The translations under genes and the position numbers were made by a program. From positions 1 to 57,294 of IMG/VR virus record IMGVR_UViG_3300025108_000056: a stretch of DNA of 57,294 nt. The stretch is one strand, 5' to 3'. The notes beneath the pieces were generated by a model. The model saw only the letters and a list, made by a program, of their open reading frames with translations, searched no databases and was not told where the DNA came from. The stretch's first letter is position 1. Every line of letters begins with the position of its first letter. This DNA comes from a virus (lineage: Duplodnaviria; Caudoviricetes). Shown here in pieces: positions 39,669 to 49,779 of this stretch.

Positions 39669-41123
39669 TCAGTCACTCATTTCTATCAAGTCTGTTAGTT
39701 GAGAGACATCGGAAAATCCTAAGTCATCATCAAGGTATTTTATCTCACCATCAGTAACAGAAAGGTCTTGTAAAGAAAATTCTTTCATCTCCATAACTAC
39801 CACCATTCCATATTCGTCGACTGGTAACCAGTCTTGTCCAGCAAGCACTCCCTGCTGTGCTAACCTTTGACGGAGATGTTGTGCAACCGAGACGGTTAAT
39901 TTAACTTGCCCGACTTCATAACTCTCATAACCGTCTAATGCAGATAGTCTTACGAAGGTATCATATTCTTCGTCACGCTTTACTGCGTTAACGAGTAACT
40001 GTATGTGGAATGCGTCTTTCATTACTAACCATCCACCTTGCCCTCCAGCAACTATGCCGTCAGTGTTAGTAAGCCTCAGTCTTTCAGTGGGCTCTATTGT
40101 TTCTAACATATTAGTGAAGTCGGTAGCGTTGGATACGAACTTACCAGATTTAATAGGCTTACTCAAATTCAATTGTTCCAACATATTCACCCTGTCTCTA
40201 TAATCTGATTTGTGAATATCCCAATCCTTGTCTAGTGATAATATATCAGTGACGAACTTTATGTCTAGTCCATCTACTTCTACTTCCAAGATAGCCTCTT
40301 GTTCAATAGGTAGGCTGAGAGGCTTACCCATAAGTTGTCGATGCCTATCATAAAGAACACCTTTGAAGTTACCTTTTGGAAACTCGGTGATGTGTAAGTA
40401 TCTTCTTGGATTTGATATCACTTCTACAAACACATCTGTAGGAGTGGTGAATTTGTCCCATGCTTTGTAAACAGGGCCGACAAAAGGTTGACCCGGTTGC
40501 ATGGTTCTTACTTCGATTGGTTTTTGAGTACCAATCATTCTCTGTGCTATCTCTGCCGGTAGCATCGTTTGGAGTAGGATATTGATTGATTGTAATGTTT
40601 GAGGGTTCTCGCCAACTACATAGGATATTATTTGTAAAAAGCGATTGATAGGGATGGGTGGTCTTTCACCTGTGGCTCTTGCCCAGAATACTAATGCTTC
40701 TTTCTCATTTATTTTGCTGGCAATTTCGAGGAAGCCTAGGTCTTTTATTCGAGACATTAGATTGAGTCCTTGCTTGACGGTCAATCCGTCGCCTCCGTAC
40801 TCTGGGGATTCAAGTGCTAACAGTGGCACCATCGGTTTACCTGCCAGTGCTTCATCCCAAACCAAAGGAGAGATTGACAACTTCTTGCATACATCGTCTC
40901 TCAGGTCTCGAAAAGAAACATACTGTCTTGGATATTTAGAATAAGAAGGATAGAACATATCTATTAGTTGGTTCAAATCATCTATAGAATCACGCACTGC
41001 GAGGCTAACTGTATCTATCAACTTGTTAAAGTATTGAGAACGGTTCTCACTATCTCGCATGTAGTTGCGATAATAATTACGCAGTTCTTCGGATATCTGA
41101 GATGCCTCAGCCAGTAACATCAA
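39669..41123 (-). CDS. ATP-dependent DNA ligase-like protein with degenerate catalytic motifs
   Basis: DBD-like N-terminus (GLTVKQ, EKEALVF), PGQPFVGP, ILEVEV, VTDIL, YRDRVNML, GWLVMK and an OB-like C-terminus (YEVGQV). The motif I KxDG is absent. Confidence 0.65.
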   Translation of the reverse strand: MMLLAEASQISEELRNYYRNYMRDSENRSQYFNKLIDTVSLAVRDSIDDLNQLIDMFYPSYSKYPRQYVSFRDLRDDVCKKLSISPLVWDEALAGKPMVPLLALESPEYGGDGLTVKQGLNLMSRIKDLGFLEIASKINEKEALVFWARATGERPPIPINRFLQIISYVVGENPQTLQSINILLQTMLPAEIAQRMIGTQKPIEVRTMQPGQPFVGPVYKAWDKFTTPTDVFVEVISNPRRYLHITEFPKGNFKGVLYDRHRQLMGKPLSLPIEQEAILEVEVDGLDIKFVTDILSLDKDWDIHKSDYRDRVNMLEQLNLSKPIKSGKFVSNATDFTNMLETIEPTERLRLTNTDGIVAGGQGGWLVMKDAFHIQLLVNAVKRDEEYDTFVRLSALDGYESYEVGQVKLTVSVAQHLRQRLAQQGVLAGQDWLPVDEYGMVVVMEMKEFSLQDLSVTDGEIKYLDDDLGFSDVSQLTDLIEMSD

Positions 41124-41539
41124 TCGTTTCCTCCAAAATTATATTGCTTTTTTAAAGCATCCTCACGGTTGTTAAATTGATATACATTAGGAGTAGATAG
41201 TGTGATGCGTTTTTTGCGACCACAGTATCGACAAGTAGGCATTATTTCTTTATTGTCAGAAAATTTATTTTTAGTTGAAAAGATACTCCATTTACCGCAT
41301 CCAGTCTGTATAGGTATACCTCTTGGTTTCATCGTTCTATTATAATCATTTAATTCACATCTCCATAAAAGATAATTTCTCTTAGGTTTATCGCTGTGTT
41401 TGGTCACTACATCTAATTTATTTTTAGAAATTACTTCTGCGCTATGCTTAGATAAGAGTTCACCTAAGTCACTAATCAATTCGTCATACTTAGAAGCCTT
41501 CACTTCTAATTGCTTTATCATATCACTTATTGATGTCAT
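41120..41539 (-). CDS. Hypothetical protein with Zn-ribbon
   Basis: WRC...GCGKW...CRYCG motifs; AT-rich. Confidence 0.55.
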   Translation of the reverse strand: MTSISDMIKQLEVKASKYDELISDLGELLSKHSAEVISKNKLDVVTKHSDKPKRNYLLWRCELNDYNRTMKPRGIPIQTGCGKWSIFSTKNKFSDNKEIMPTCRYCGRKKRITLSTPNVYQFNNREDALKKQYNFGGND

Positions 41540-41813
41540 CTGTTTCCCTCAGTTCTTCGAGGGTATGTGTTAATGCTTTGATTAGAGTGCTTGTATCTTC
41601 AAGTGACAACCTTACGCCCTCTCTCGTAAAGCCTTCACCCTTCGGATGCTCTATTGTTCTTCGAGTTCTAATATCAATGGCAGGTTTACCTCGACCTTTA
41701 GGAGTAGCAACGCTCATGACTATCTCAGCCTTTCCTTTCCACTTAGCAGTGGTTGAAGGAACACGCCACTTAATCTCTTGGTCGAATGCACTCAAGCAAC
41801 CACTTCCCACCAA
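41523..41813 (-). CDS. PC4-like ssDNA-binding/transcription cofactor
   Basis: GKPAIDIR...FTREGVRLS matches the PC4 family pattern (yIDIR...PTKKGISL); start uncertain. Confidence 0.65.
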   Translation of the reverse strand: MVGSGCLSAFDQEIKWRVPSTTAKWKGKAEIVMSVATPKGRGKPAIDIRTRRTIEHPKGEGFTREGVRLSLEDTSTLIKALTHTLEELRETDDINK

Positions 41814-42298
41814 GTAGGAACATCGGCTCGGATATATCTTACACCGCCTTTACTGTATTCCTTAGACTTGTAGTAAGACCTGTAGGCTTTGACTACATCA
41901 TCGTCTTTGTATTCGTCGGGCATGGCCTGTGCGAATGGTGTGAGTCCAGTGTTAGGAATTATTTTTTGCAAACCTATCATGTGGTAGATAGGGTCAGTAC
42001 AAGCATGCATTTTATTGAATCGTTTGTAGTATTCTTCACACAATTGCATAGCGTGATGAGCAAGCCACATCCAATTCTCTTGACTGTCGCCAGCCCATAT
42101 TGTGCATGGGTGGTGTTTGTAGCCACCAATGTAAGGCGTTCCTTTCTTAGTCAGAGGCATCTCTTCATCAGTAGCACCATGCCTACGCAGGGCTGATGCC
42201 ATCATTTGTGCGCTTTCTACACACATCTTAGGTAGTCTGACATCATCTAGGTATCTAGCGGCTTGCGCTGGGTCTTCGTCTAATACAAATATATTCAT
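41792..42298 (-). CDS. Pyrimidine-dimer DNA glycosylase (DenV/endonuclease V)-like protein
   Basis: MNIFVLDEDP...KMCVESAQM...HHPCTIW...EYYKRFNKMH...FAQAMPDEYK...AYRSYY. Confidence 0.8.
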   Translation of the reverse strand: MNIFVLDEDPAQAARYLDDVRLPKMCVESAQMMASALRRHGATDEEMPLTKKGTPYIGGYKHHPCTIWAGDSQENWMWLAHHAMQLCEEYYKRFNKMHACTDPIYHMIGLQKIIPNTGLTPFAQAMPDEYKDDDVVKAYRSYYKSKEYSKGGVRYIRADVPTWWEVVA

Positions 42299-42300
42299 AT

Positions 42301-42579
42301 CTATTCCTCTCTGTCTCTAGTAATTACTGCAACAGCCATACCTTTGGTCATCTGTTCCATGCACCACAGACCCATTTTCATTTCCGACCAACCCTTCCTA
42401 TAGTATTCATCGTTACAATTCAAACACCAATCAGTGTCTTCTTTGGCTAACAATTCATGGTCATAACAGGGCTTACCGCAATTTTCACAAGGTTTACTGA
42501 CATCATCTTTGGTCACTACTAACGCTCTGATAAACGGTAAGTAATCACCGTCTATTGATTGTAACATTTCTACTCTCAT
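42301..42579 (-). CDS. Zn-finger protein
   Basis: CENCG...CLNC motifs. Confidence 0.6.
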   Translation of the reverse strand: MRVEMLQSIDGDYLPFIRALVVTKDDVSKPCENCGKPCYDHELLAKEDTDWCLNCNDEYYRKGWSEMKMGLWCMEQMTKGMAVAVITRDREE

Positions 42580-43283
42580 TCTTCTTCGCTCCTTTCTATT
42601 TCTTTGAATGTAACAACTGCACCTCTTACATGAGGAGGCAGTAGGTCACCGTTGAACGGACAGAATGTACCTAGTATCAATAAAGAATCACCTTCTTGAA
42701 AATCTATCATGTTAATAATCGCAGGTCGGTCAATCGCAGTGTAAACTATTTTGTTGGTTTTGTAAGTTAGCATTGCTTCGTCGTCGCCAGCGAGCAAGCC
42801 GTAGTCGTAAGGTTCGGTTGGTATCTCTGCATCACAAGTAGGGCAAGTTATCAAGACATGCCATTGTTCAACCATCTCGGTCTCACCATTAGGTAATATC
42901 ATCTCTTGTTGACCTTCGTGCTTCCATACACCTTCTTCAAGTGGGAAGGCTGACAATGGAGTACCGCAAGAGCATTTCCAACTCTGTGCTAATTCTTGTC
43001 GCATCTGCATTTCTTTGACATGCTTCTGCTCTGGAGTCAAATGTTCTACTTCAACAAGTTGACAAGTAGTTTCGTCTACAGTCCATCCGACATCCTCAAG
43101 TAGCAACCTCATTCTTATCCTTGCTTGAGCACTCATAGGAGTATTTTCTTGCGCTGTCAGTGTGACTTTGTTATTACCTTCTTTGACATAGGATAATCCC
43201 AAGCCTTGTGGTTGCCAAAGCCCTCCTTCTCTCAGTCGTTCTAGTATTAGTTTCACTGCTTCTTCTGGTGTTTCTTCGTTCAT
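42576..43283 (-). CDS. Hypothetical protein with Zn-ribbon
   Basis: CSCG...CPTC motifs. Confidence 0.6.
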   Translation of the reverse strand: MNEETPEEAVKLILERLREGGLWQPQGLGLSYVKEGNNKVTLTAQENTPMSAQARIRMRLLLEDVGWTVDETTCQLVEVEHLTPEQKHVKEMQMRQELAQSWKCSCGTPLSAFPLEEGVWKHEGQQEMILPNGETEMVEQWHVLITCPTCDAEIPTEPYDYGLLAGDDEAMLTYKTNKIVYTAIDRPAIINMIDFQEGDSLLILGTFCPFNGDLLPPHVRGAVVTFKEIERSEEE

Positions 43284-43429
43284 GTTTAATCCTCCAATTC
43301 TTTTTGCATGTCATTTAGTATGTCAACCAACAAGTCATGTGCCTTGTATAAGTTTCTATCAAACAACAATATATTTCTGGCCTTTTTCACTCTATCAAAT
43401 ACTTCTTGCATGTCCATATTCAATTCACC

Positions 43430-44986
43430 TCAGTATAAAATTTGACTGAACATTGGTATGTTCTCAAGTTGCTTCTCAATAGATACTCCGTCAATACTCT
43501 TCCTTGTAATATCGCCAAGCACTTTGTGAACTGTCTGTAGTCTGTCAGTCATGGTGTTGTAGTTGAGCGTAGAACCTTTCAGATTAGTTCCCTTACCGTC
43601 TGTCCACTCTGGCTTGTGTGTGATAGCACCTGTTAGTATGTTCATGACTTGGTATAGAGTTCCTTGGTCTTTGGGACTGACTGCTACCCAAGGCTCGCTT
43701 GGATTAGTCCAACCTTGTCCCATAAGTCTCCACATGTAGCCCCTGCTCAATCCAGTAACATTACCTGCGTCGTCTCTCTTGACAACTGGCTTAGTGATTA
43801 GTTTCTTTCTTTGACAGATAGTCATTAGTTTCTCAAAGACATCTCTGTTGATTTGTATATCTTTCATTGACTCGGCTACAATGATTTCTTGAGCCGCTAC
43901 TTCTAATACTTCCATTATCTTCTCAGCCAAGCCTTCAAAGTCATAGTTACCTAGTGCATTGGTTGTGTGCTTGAGGTTGACAATGGTAGCACTGTCGCCC
44001 AACACCTGTCCGTTTGAACACTGTAGTCTTTCAGCAACTGCTTGGACTTTGAACGCTGATGAGCCATCGAGACTGTTGTAGATAGCGAAACCAATACGAT
44101 AGTCGCCTTGGTTACGGAAGCCTCTTCTTGTCCACTTGTCTCCTAAGTGAGAGGTAGCCTTTTCCCAATCTACATTGCTGGTAGCGTCTACAAACATAGC
44201 AGACGCTTTACCTTCGTTCCATGCAAGGACTTGCGCTGGCCAACCTTTCTCAGCAGCCATATCCAATATTGGGCCATATCCTTTTCGATAAGGCATAGGA
44301 TAGTATGTCGGACTGAATGTTCCCAAGTAAGCACCAGCAGGTCGCTTGTTACTTTGGTAGAGTGGATTGAAGATGTGGTAAGCGATTGGCTCACCTGCTT
44401 CGTTATTTACTCTAGCAACAGTAGCGCCTTCTTGACCCTCTTCATGAACTACGAAAGCAGGTTTTCTTACAGGCTCAAAGTCCCAGTTGATTGTGTCTTT
44501 CTTCTTTCTTCCGCCACTAAACAGCATTTCATCGAATGGGCCATCTGGCATGACCACCGTTTCAGTGCCACTGTCCTCGTCTACTAATGTAATAGTCGGT
44601 GCTTCTTGTGGCGAAGACCATACAGGTACATCATCCGATTCCTCTGCTTGTGTAGTCGTTGGGATGTCTTCGTGGTTTTCCATAGCAGTCACTATGTCAA
44701 TTTGTTCTTGGGTTACATGAAGTGGTGCCCAGTCGCCTTGAACTATCTTAGCAATATGTGCGCCTCTTACTGTTCCGTCATCCGGTCTTACCAACAATGC
44801 AACTCTGCCACCTTCGATGCGCTCGAATCGTGCTATCATTGTCCTCGTCAATCTGAGAGTGTGAACGCCCGTTACTGTTGGGTATTCGACCTCTACCAAA
44901 TTCTGTGTGCTCTGTGTTATCTTGCCTATCAATACTACTTCTGTCATATTTTGTTCCTCCTTGTTTCTGTTTATATTTCTTACCAT
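43430..44986 (-). CDS. DUF932/DUF945-family protein with N-terminal extension
   Basis: IYNSLDGSSAF...RLQCSNG...HT and TLYQVMNILT signature. Confidence 0.75.
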   Translation of the reverse strand: MVRNINRNKEEQNMTEVVLIGKITQSTQNLVEVEYPTVTGVHTLRLTRTMIARFERIEGGRVALLVRPDDGTVRGAHIAKIVQGDWAPLHVTQEQIDIVTAMENHEDIPTTTQAEESDDVPVWSSPQEAPTITLVDEDSGTETVVMPDGPFDEMLFSGGRKKKDTINWDFEPVRKPAFVVHEEGQEGATVARVNNEAGEPIAYHIFNPLYQSNKRPAGAYLGTFSPTYYPMPYRKGYGPILDMAAEKGWPAQVLAWNEGKASAMFVDATSNVDWEKATSHLGDKWTRRGFRNQGDYRIGFAIYNSLDGSSAFKVQAVAERLQCSNGQVLGDSATIVNLKHTTNALGNYDFEGLAEKIMEVLEVAAQEIIVAESMKDIQINRDVFEKLMTICQRKKLITKPVVKRDDAGNVTGLSRGYMWRLMGQGWTNPSEPWVAVSPKDQGTLYQVMNILTGAITHKPEWTDGKGTNLKGSTLNYNTMTDRLQTVHKVLGDITRKSIDGVSIEKQLENIPMFSQILY

Positions 44987-45016
44987 TCGTTTTGCTGGTT
45001 TTTGTTCGCTACCGTT

Positions 45017-45043
45017 CCTTTGTTAGTTCTTTATATAGTGAAT
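45017..45043 (-). promoter_or_regulatory. Conserved viral TATA promoter element, copy 2
   Basis: ATTCACTATATAAAGAACTAACAAAGG upstream of the DUF932 gene. Confidence 0.8.
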
Positions 45044-45049
45044 CTGCGT

Positions 45050-45310
45050 TCAATCGAACAGAAAAACGCATGGAATCGGTGTACTCCGCTTGATTTTATA
45101 CTCTTCACGGTCAAGTAGAATACCTCTTTGGATAACCGAAGAACTATCATGGTTCATTTTTCCTAGCCCTTCGTCTAAAACTTCCAACATATCTTGAATG
45201 GTTTTACCTTCATGTGGAAATAACTGAACGCACTTAGTGCCCTCGATGTCGTGTAATACTATTGTACCAACTTCACTAAAGTCTATCATGATATCAACCT
45301 CTTGATACAT
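45050..45310 (-). CDS. Hypothetical protein
   Basis: ORF in a coupled run; true start probably MIDFSE. Confidence 0.5.
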   Translation of the reverse strand: MYQEVDIMIDFSEVGTIVLHDIEGTKCVQLFPHEGKTIQDMLEVLDEGLGKMNHDSSSVIQRGILLDREEYKIKRSTPIPCVFLFD

Positions 45311-45609
45311 CTAACTGCTTTGACATGATTTCCCTCTAAGTGTTTAACCATCAGTTGCCTACTGCAAGATTTCCATCCATGGTCGTTAAGAAAATTCTCA
45401 CTGATACAATGAAGTATTCTTTCTACAGGAATGTGATTATTGTAATGCATTTTGTGACCAGTCTTTGCGTAGTACTTTTCGTAAACTACTGCGTAATAAT
45501 CTCTTTTGACTACATGCTCTTGGTCATCGGATATCTCGTCAAGTGCTTCTACAGCCGCTTCTCTGACGGACTTCCAATCCAAACTTTTCTGAGAGCCTCT
45601 TCCCATCAC
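45286..45609 (-). CDS. Hypothetical protein
   Basis: Coupled to the helicase stop codon. Confidence 0.55.
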   Translation of the reverse strand: MMGRGSQKSLDWKSVREAAVEALDEISDDQEHVVKRDYYAVVYEKYYAKTGHKMHYNNHIPVERILHCISENFLNDHGWKSCSRQLMVKHLEGNHVKAVRCIKRLIS

Positions 45610-47711
45610 TTGAACCTCCAGCCTCGCTCTTTCTTCAATCGCTTAACTAGTTCACTGACAAGACCCTTTCGCTGTTGAACATTACCACCGTCGAGAACAG
45701 CCTTGACAACTTGTCGCTTCTGCTCTACAACCCTGTCAAAGTGTTCGTCAATTGTTCCAACACATGACAGGTAGACAGCGTGTACATGCTGGCTCTCTTG
45801 TCCAATACGATATACACGGTCTTCGGCTTGCTCTTCGTCAGTCGGTGTCCATTCTCTTTCGATGAACAAGACTGTGTCAGCCTTAGTAAGAGTGATACCT
45901 TCCTTCGCTGCAATAGTATTACAGACTAAGACACCAATCTTACCTGCTTGAAAATCGTCAACAAGTTCTTGCCTTGTCTTTGAATCAGTCGCACCGGATA
46001 TTATCTTACCGTTCACTTTCTTAGCCAGCCTTTCGACTACCTCACGGTGATGTGCGAATACCACTATCGGTTTACCTGTTTGTTCTCTGTACTGTTCAAT
46101 CCAGTCAGCCGCATAGTTGACCTTGATGTGACCACATATCTGTCGCAGGTCGTTAATCATAGTGAGCATGATACCTTTCGGCAAAGGTTGGCCATTTAGA
46201 TAGTAAGAATCAATCTGCCTGTCCCATTCTTCTTGAGCGAAATCGTATGGGCTTCTTACCGCTTTATCTAATTCGATAGGGAAGAAAGTCCGTGTCTTCG
46301 GTGGTAGTTCGGGTAGCACCTCACTCTTGAGTCTACGGATACACAAGTCTCTTGTGCGTTCATTGAGTTCTTTGATGTTAGATGCACCGTTGAAGTTCCA
46401 ACCAAACCCGTCATTATATGGGTCGCAGTATCTTTGTGCAAAGTCCCAAAATGAATTGAACTGACTCGGCCTCATGAGATTGAGAGTATTGAAGAACTCT
46501 TTTGGTCTACTAGATATGGCAGTACCAGACAAAGCAATCACTTTAGGACTGGCGTGTGCTATTGTTAGAGTAGCCGTAGTTCTTTGAACAGGATTCTTTT
46601 TGCTCCCGACATTTTTGATGTAATGACTCTCGTCAAGGATTACTAACTTGAGCATCTTTGAGTAAAGTGACTTGTTATATTTCATCATCATATCGTAGTT
46701 GATGATTATGAAATCGACATCTGGTATGTATTTGTCAGCAAAGATACCTCTGCTCTCCAAAAACTTTTCAGCCGTTTTCCTCGTTTTCAAGTCGGATTCT
46801 TTTGCACCTTTTTCTTTGGCAATGTTCTTGACATCAGCCGCTTTGATATCGGAAGAAGGAGTTACCACATGAACAGTCTCATTAGGTAACCACTTGTTCA
46901 GTTCCTTCTTCCAGTTGAATTTGACATTGGATGGACAGACAACCAAAGCAGGTCGGGCTTTAGAATTGATAGCCGCATAACCTATGGCACTGATTGTCTT
47001 ACCAATACCCATTTCATCTCCGATAAGGCACCTACCTTTACTGGCCTCAGCAAAAGCAACTGCTACTTTTTGGAATGGGTATAGGTCAAGACCTTCGGGA
47101 AACTTACCCGCTAGTCTTTCGTTAATACTTTCAAGGCTGACAACATCAAGTTCAGCCGCACCGCTAAGTTCTACTCTCTCGATGCTACTCTCAATCTCAG
47201 CCTTGACCGAGTCATCTGTTCGGATGGCTTCGGCTAGAGGCTCGTAGAAATCTGCAAGCATACTGTATAGAGTAGAAGCCTGTGCGATTGGAATACTCCA
47301 ACACTTATCGTCAGCGTGGAACTTCCAACCTGCCACACTTCTTACAGTCAAACGAACCTTGTTTCTTAGGTCTTCGTCTCGAATAAAAGGCCAGTGAAGA
47401 TAGAGCCGTGTACGCTTTTTCTTCACCCAGCAGTTAGATTTGTTTCGCCCGTTTTTGGAAAAAGATTTGGTGTATGTTTTTACGACGCTGACATCATAGC
47501 CAAGTTTGTCTAACAGTTCACAAGCGTCGTTTACTGTTTCGGGACTTGCGTCAATACTCCACAGTTTCTTTTCGACATCGAACATATATCTAGGGAAAGG
47601 GATGTTATCTTTCAAGTAATGAAAGGTATCTAAGTTATACCGCATCTTCAATCCAACTCGCTCACCAAACTGAGCGTGTTTGTAAAGTTCAACGGTTACT
47701 AATTCTTGCAT
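45606..47711 (-). CDS. SNF2-family (SMARCAL1/HARP-like) helicase
   Basis: LYPFQ, GDEMGIGKT, DESHYIKN, LSGT, EGITLT, QAEDRVYRIGQ; two N-terminal HARP-like repeats (FDVEKKLWSI, FHADDKCWSI). Confidence 0.92.
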   Translation of the reverse strand: MQELVTVELYKHAQFGERVGLKMRYNLDTFHYLKDNIPFPRYMFDVEKKLWSIDASPETVNDACELLDKLGYDVSVVKTYTKSFSKNGRNKSNCWVKKKRTRLYLHWPFIRDEDLRNKVRLTVRSVAGWKFHADDKCWSIPIAQASTLYSMLADFYEPLAEAIRTDDSVKAEIESSIERVELSGAAELDVVSLESINERLAGKFPEGLDLYPFQKVAVAFAEASKGRCLIGDEMGIGKTISAIGYAAINSKARPALVVCPSNVKFNWKKELNKWLPNETVHVVTPSSDIKAADVKNIAKEKGAKESDLKTRKTAEKFLESRGIFADKYIPDVDFIIINYDMMMKYNKSLYSKMLKLVILDESHYIKNVGSKKNPVQRTTATLTIAHASPKVIALSGTAISSRPKEFFNTLNLMRPSQFNSFWDFAQRYCDPYNDGFGWNFNGASNIKELNERTRDLCIRRLKSEVLPELPPKTRTFFPIELDKAVRSPYDFAQEEWDRQIDSYYLNGQPLPKGIMLTMINDLRQICGHIKVNYAADWIEQYREQTGKPIVVFAHHREVVERLAKKVNGKIISGATDSKTRQELVDDFQAGKIGVLVCNTIAAKEGITLTKADTVLFIEREWTPTDEEQAEDRVYRIGQESQHVHAVYLSCVGTIDEHFDRVVEQKRQVVKAVLDGGNVQQRKGLVSELVKRLKKERGWRFK

Positions 47712-47715
47712 CTTA

Positions 47716-47958
47716 TCACAGCCTTCCGTTTGCTATCCAATATCTGTCAGCGATAACGCCATCTACTTCTACCTTACAGTCAGAGCAAAGGTTGTCGTAT
47801 TCTTCTTCTTCACCGATACATGCTTTGCATGGTATCTCGAAGCCGTTGTAGTGTAAGCACCTGTCACAACAGACTTCGCCATCTGGGTGACATTCTTTAC
47901 AGAAAACTTCGTATTCTGTTTCTCCATCTGCTGATTCAACTATGTGTATTTTTCTCAT
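47716..47958 (-). CDS. Cys-rich Zn-binding protein
   Basis: Start reassigned to MRKIHI at 47958 because a separate 46-aa ORF occupies 47963..48103; four CxxC motifs. Confidence 0.55.
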   Translation of the reverse strand: MRKIHIVESADGETEYEVFCKECHPDGEVCCDRCLHYNGFEIPCKACIGEEEEYDNLCSDCKVEVDGVIADRYWIANGRL

Positions 47959-48167
47959 GCCGTCACTCTCCGTTGTATGTAGCGCCGTTGGCCAACTGAA
48001 CCAGTTGGTCAATTGCATACTCTCTGTCCTTTTGACTAGTGCTGTCTTTAGCAATCAGTTCTAGGAATCTAATGTAACCTGCTTTCTTAGGTGTCATGTT
48101 CATATTCAAGCCCCCGTGTATTCTTCGTAGATGTATTCTTCTGTTTCGATTCTAAGTTTTAGTTCAC

Positions 48168-48422
48168 TCATTCTTCTTCGCCTCTGTATCTAATTTTATT
48201 TATGAAGTCAAAGGCATCCAATTGATTTTTTCCTTCACCCTCCTGTAAAAAGGAGATGTAGTTTTTCACTAGTGCTTTTAGGTTTTCATTTTCAGTCGCC
48301 TGTGCCCATCTAAGTATCATTGCAGATTGGTGAAAATCAAAATCATCTTCGTTCAATTCCCAGACAGGAACATGTAATTTCCGTGTGGTTGAATAATATT
48401 CCTTTGGTAGCGAGTTACTCAT
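48168..48422 (-). CDS. Hypothetical protein
   Basis: Coupled small ORF ending RGEEE. Confidence 0.55.
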   Translation of the reverse strand: MSNSLPKEYYSTTRKLHVPVWELNEDDFDFHQSAMILRWAQATENENLKALVKNYISFLQEGEGKNQLDAFDFINKIRYRGEEE

Positions 48423-48607
48423 TCTTCTTCACCTCTGTCAAACTGATTTACTTCTACTGGGTCAAGAGTGACTTCAATCTTACCGACTACACTTGCGATG
48501 TTCGGCTGAGGGTCAATCCCTTTCTCAATCAAATAGTTCATTCTCCAAACTTCAATTGCATGCTTTAGTTCATTCATTATTCCATCATTGTATGTCATTT
48601 TTCTCAC
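48419..48607 (-). CDS. Hypothetical protein
   Basis: First gene after promoter copy 3; ends RGEEE. Confidence 0.55.
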   Translation of the reverse strand: MRKMTYNDGIMNELKHAIEVWRMNYLIEKGIDPQPNIASVVGKIEVTLDPVEVNQFDRGEEE

Positions 48608-48614
48608 TTCTCTT

Positions 48615-48641
48615 CCTTTATTAGTTCTTTATATACTGAAT
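48615..48641 (-). promoter_or_regulatory. Conserved viral TATA promoter element, copy 3
   Basis: ATTCAGTATATAAAGAACTAATAAAGG. Confidence 0.8.
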
Positions 48642-48877
48642 CACTCCAGTGGATGGTCTATGTTCATATCTCCTAGTGTCCATCGAAGGGCTTTGACCAC
48701 ACCCTCCAACGCTTTGTAATTCCTCATGTGATACATACGGTCTTTTCTTTTACATCTCTGCATAGCAGTGTAATGTTGATTCTGTTTTTTCTCTGCTCTA
48801 TCAAGCATGTTGTGTATGTCTTCCCATGTTCTGTTGTATGCGAAGTGGTCACTATCTTGATGGTCGCTCATTGTCAT
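48641..48877 (-). CDS. Hypothetical protein
   Basis: 78-aa helical ORF (RNYKALEGVVKALRWTLG). Confidence 0.6.
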   Translation of the reverse strand: MTMSDHQDSDHFAYNRTWEDIHNMLDRAEKKQNQHYTAMQRCKRKDRMYHMRNYKALEGVVKALRWTLGDMNIDHPLE

Positions 48878-48879
48878 GT

Positions 48880-49347
48880 TTATTCCTCTTCATCGAATAA
48901 TATCTGTGCGAACCTCGAAGGTTCAAGGGTCTGCCATCCGTCTGATGATTCAATTATAAACTCAAATTTGTCGGGTTTGTATTCGTTTAAATCGACATTC
49001 ACTTTTAGTAATTTGAGCCAAACATCATCATAGTCTAATGAATCTATGATAGTCTTTGAGTATCGAGCGTAGTCGATTATCAATCCAATCCTTCTTGTGT
49101 TTAATGAGTCTAAGTAAAACTGTAAATCTAATGCTTGTTCAGTTTCCTTGTGCTGTTCCTCCATGACATCTAAGAATATGTCAGCCTTGCTTCCATCGAC
49201 TGTTTCTAACCAACCAACTCCATAGTCATCCTTCACGGCTTGCCATTCGTCTCTATCGTATTTATTACGGAGTTCTTGTTCGACGCTGATTCGATTACAT
49301 TTTTCCATCAGCGTAGAGTTATCTCCAAACGGAAAACTTCGCCTCAT
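48880..49347 (-). CDS. Hypothetical protein
   Basis: Coupled ORF with acidic tail. Confidence 0.6.
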   Translation of the reverse strand: MRRSFPFGDNSTLMEKCNRISVEQELRNKYDRDEWQAVKDDYGVGWLETVDGSKADIFLDVMEEQHKETEQALDLQFYLDSLNTRRIGLIIDYARYSKTIIDSLDYDDVWLKLLKVNVDLNEYKPDKFEFIIESSDGWQTLEPSRFAQILFDEEE

Positions 49348-49779
49348 TTATTCCTCTCCTTTCATGTTCTTTACTATGTTAGAGACATCGACTTTGTAAG
49401 TGCCGCTTTCAGTGGCTTCGGTCTCCAGTGGAAGTGTAGGTTTCTCATCTGTTTCTGTGGTTTCTTGAGAAGGTTGGTCGACATCTATCTCAATGTCTTT
49501 GAGTTTCTTACCTGCTAAATCTCCAAACAATCTTGGGTCGTTTGGTATCTCCATCAGCATAGGTGTCTTGGGTTCGATGAGATAGTTAGCACCAGATACG
49601 GTACAGATAACCTCTATCAAATCTATCTTACCGAACTCACTGCTATGAACATGGGTTTCAAACTCATGTCCAAATTGCATAGCGTTCTGTAAGTAATTGT
49701 ATGTCTGTATAGTCTTTTCAAGTTTAATCGCTTGCTCGTTTAATTCTTGTACTTGCTTTTCGTAATCTTCTTTTTTCAT
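49348..49779 (-). CDS. Hypothetical protein with N-terminal coiled coil
   Basis: Coupled ORF. Confidence 0.6.
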   Translation of the reverse strand: MKKEDYEKQVQELNEQAIKLEKTIQTYNYLQNAMQFGHEFETHVHSSEFGKIDLIEVICTVSGANYLIEPKTPMLMEIPNDPRLFGDLAGKKLKDIEIDVDQPSQETTETDEKPTLPLETEATESGTYKVDVSNIVKNMKGEE

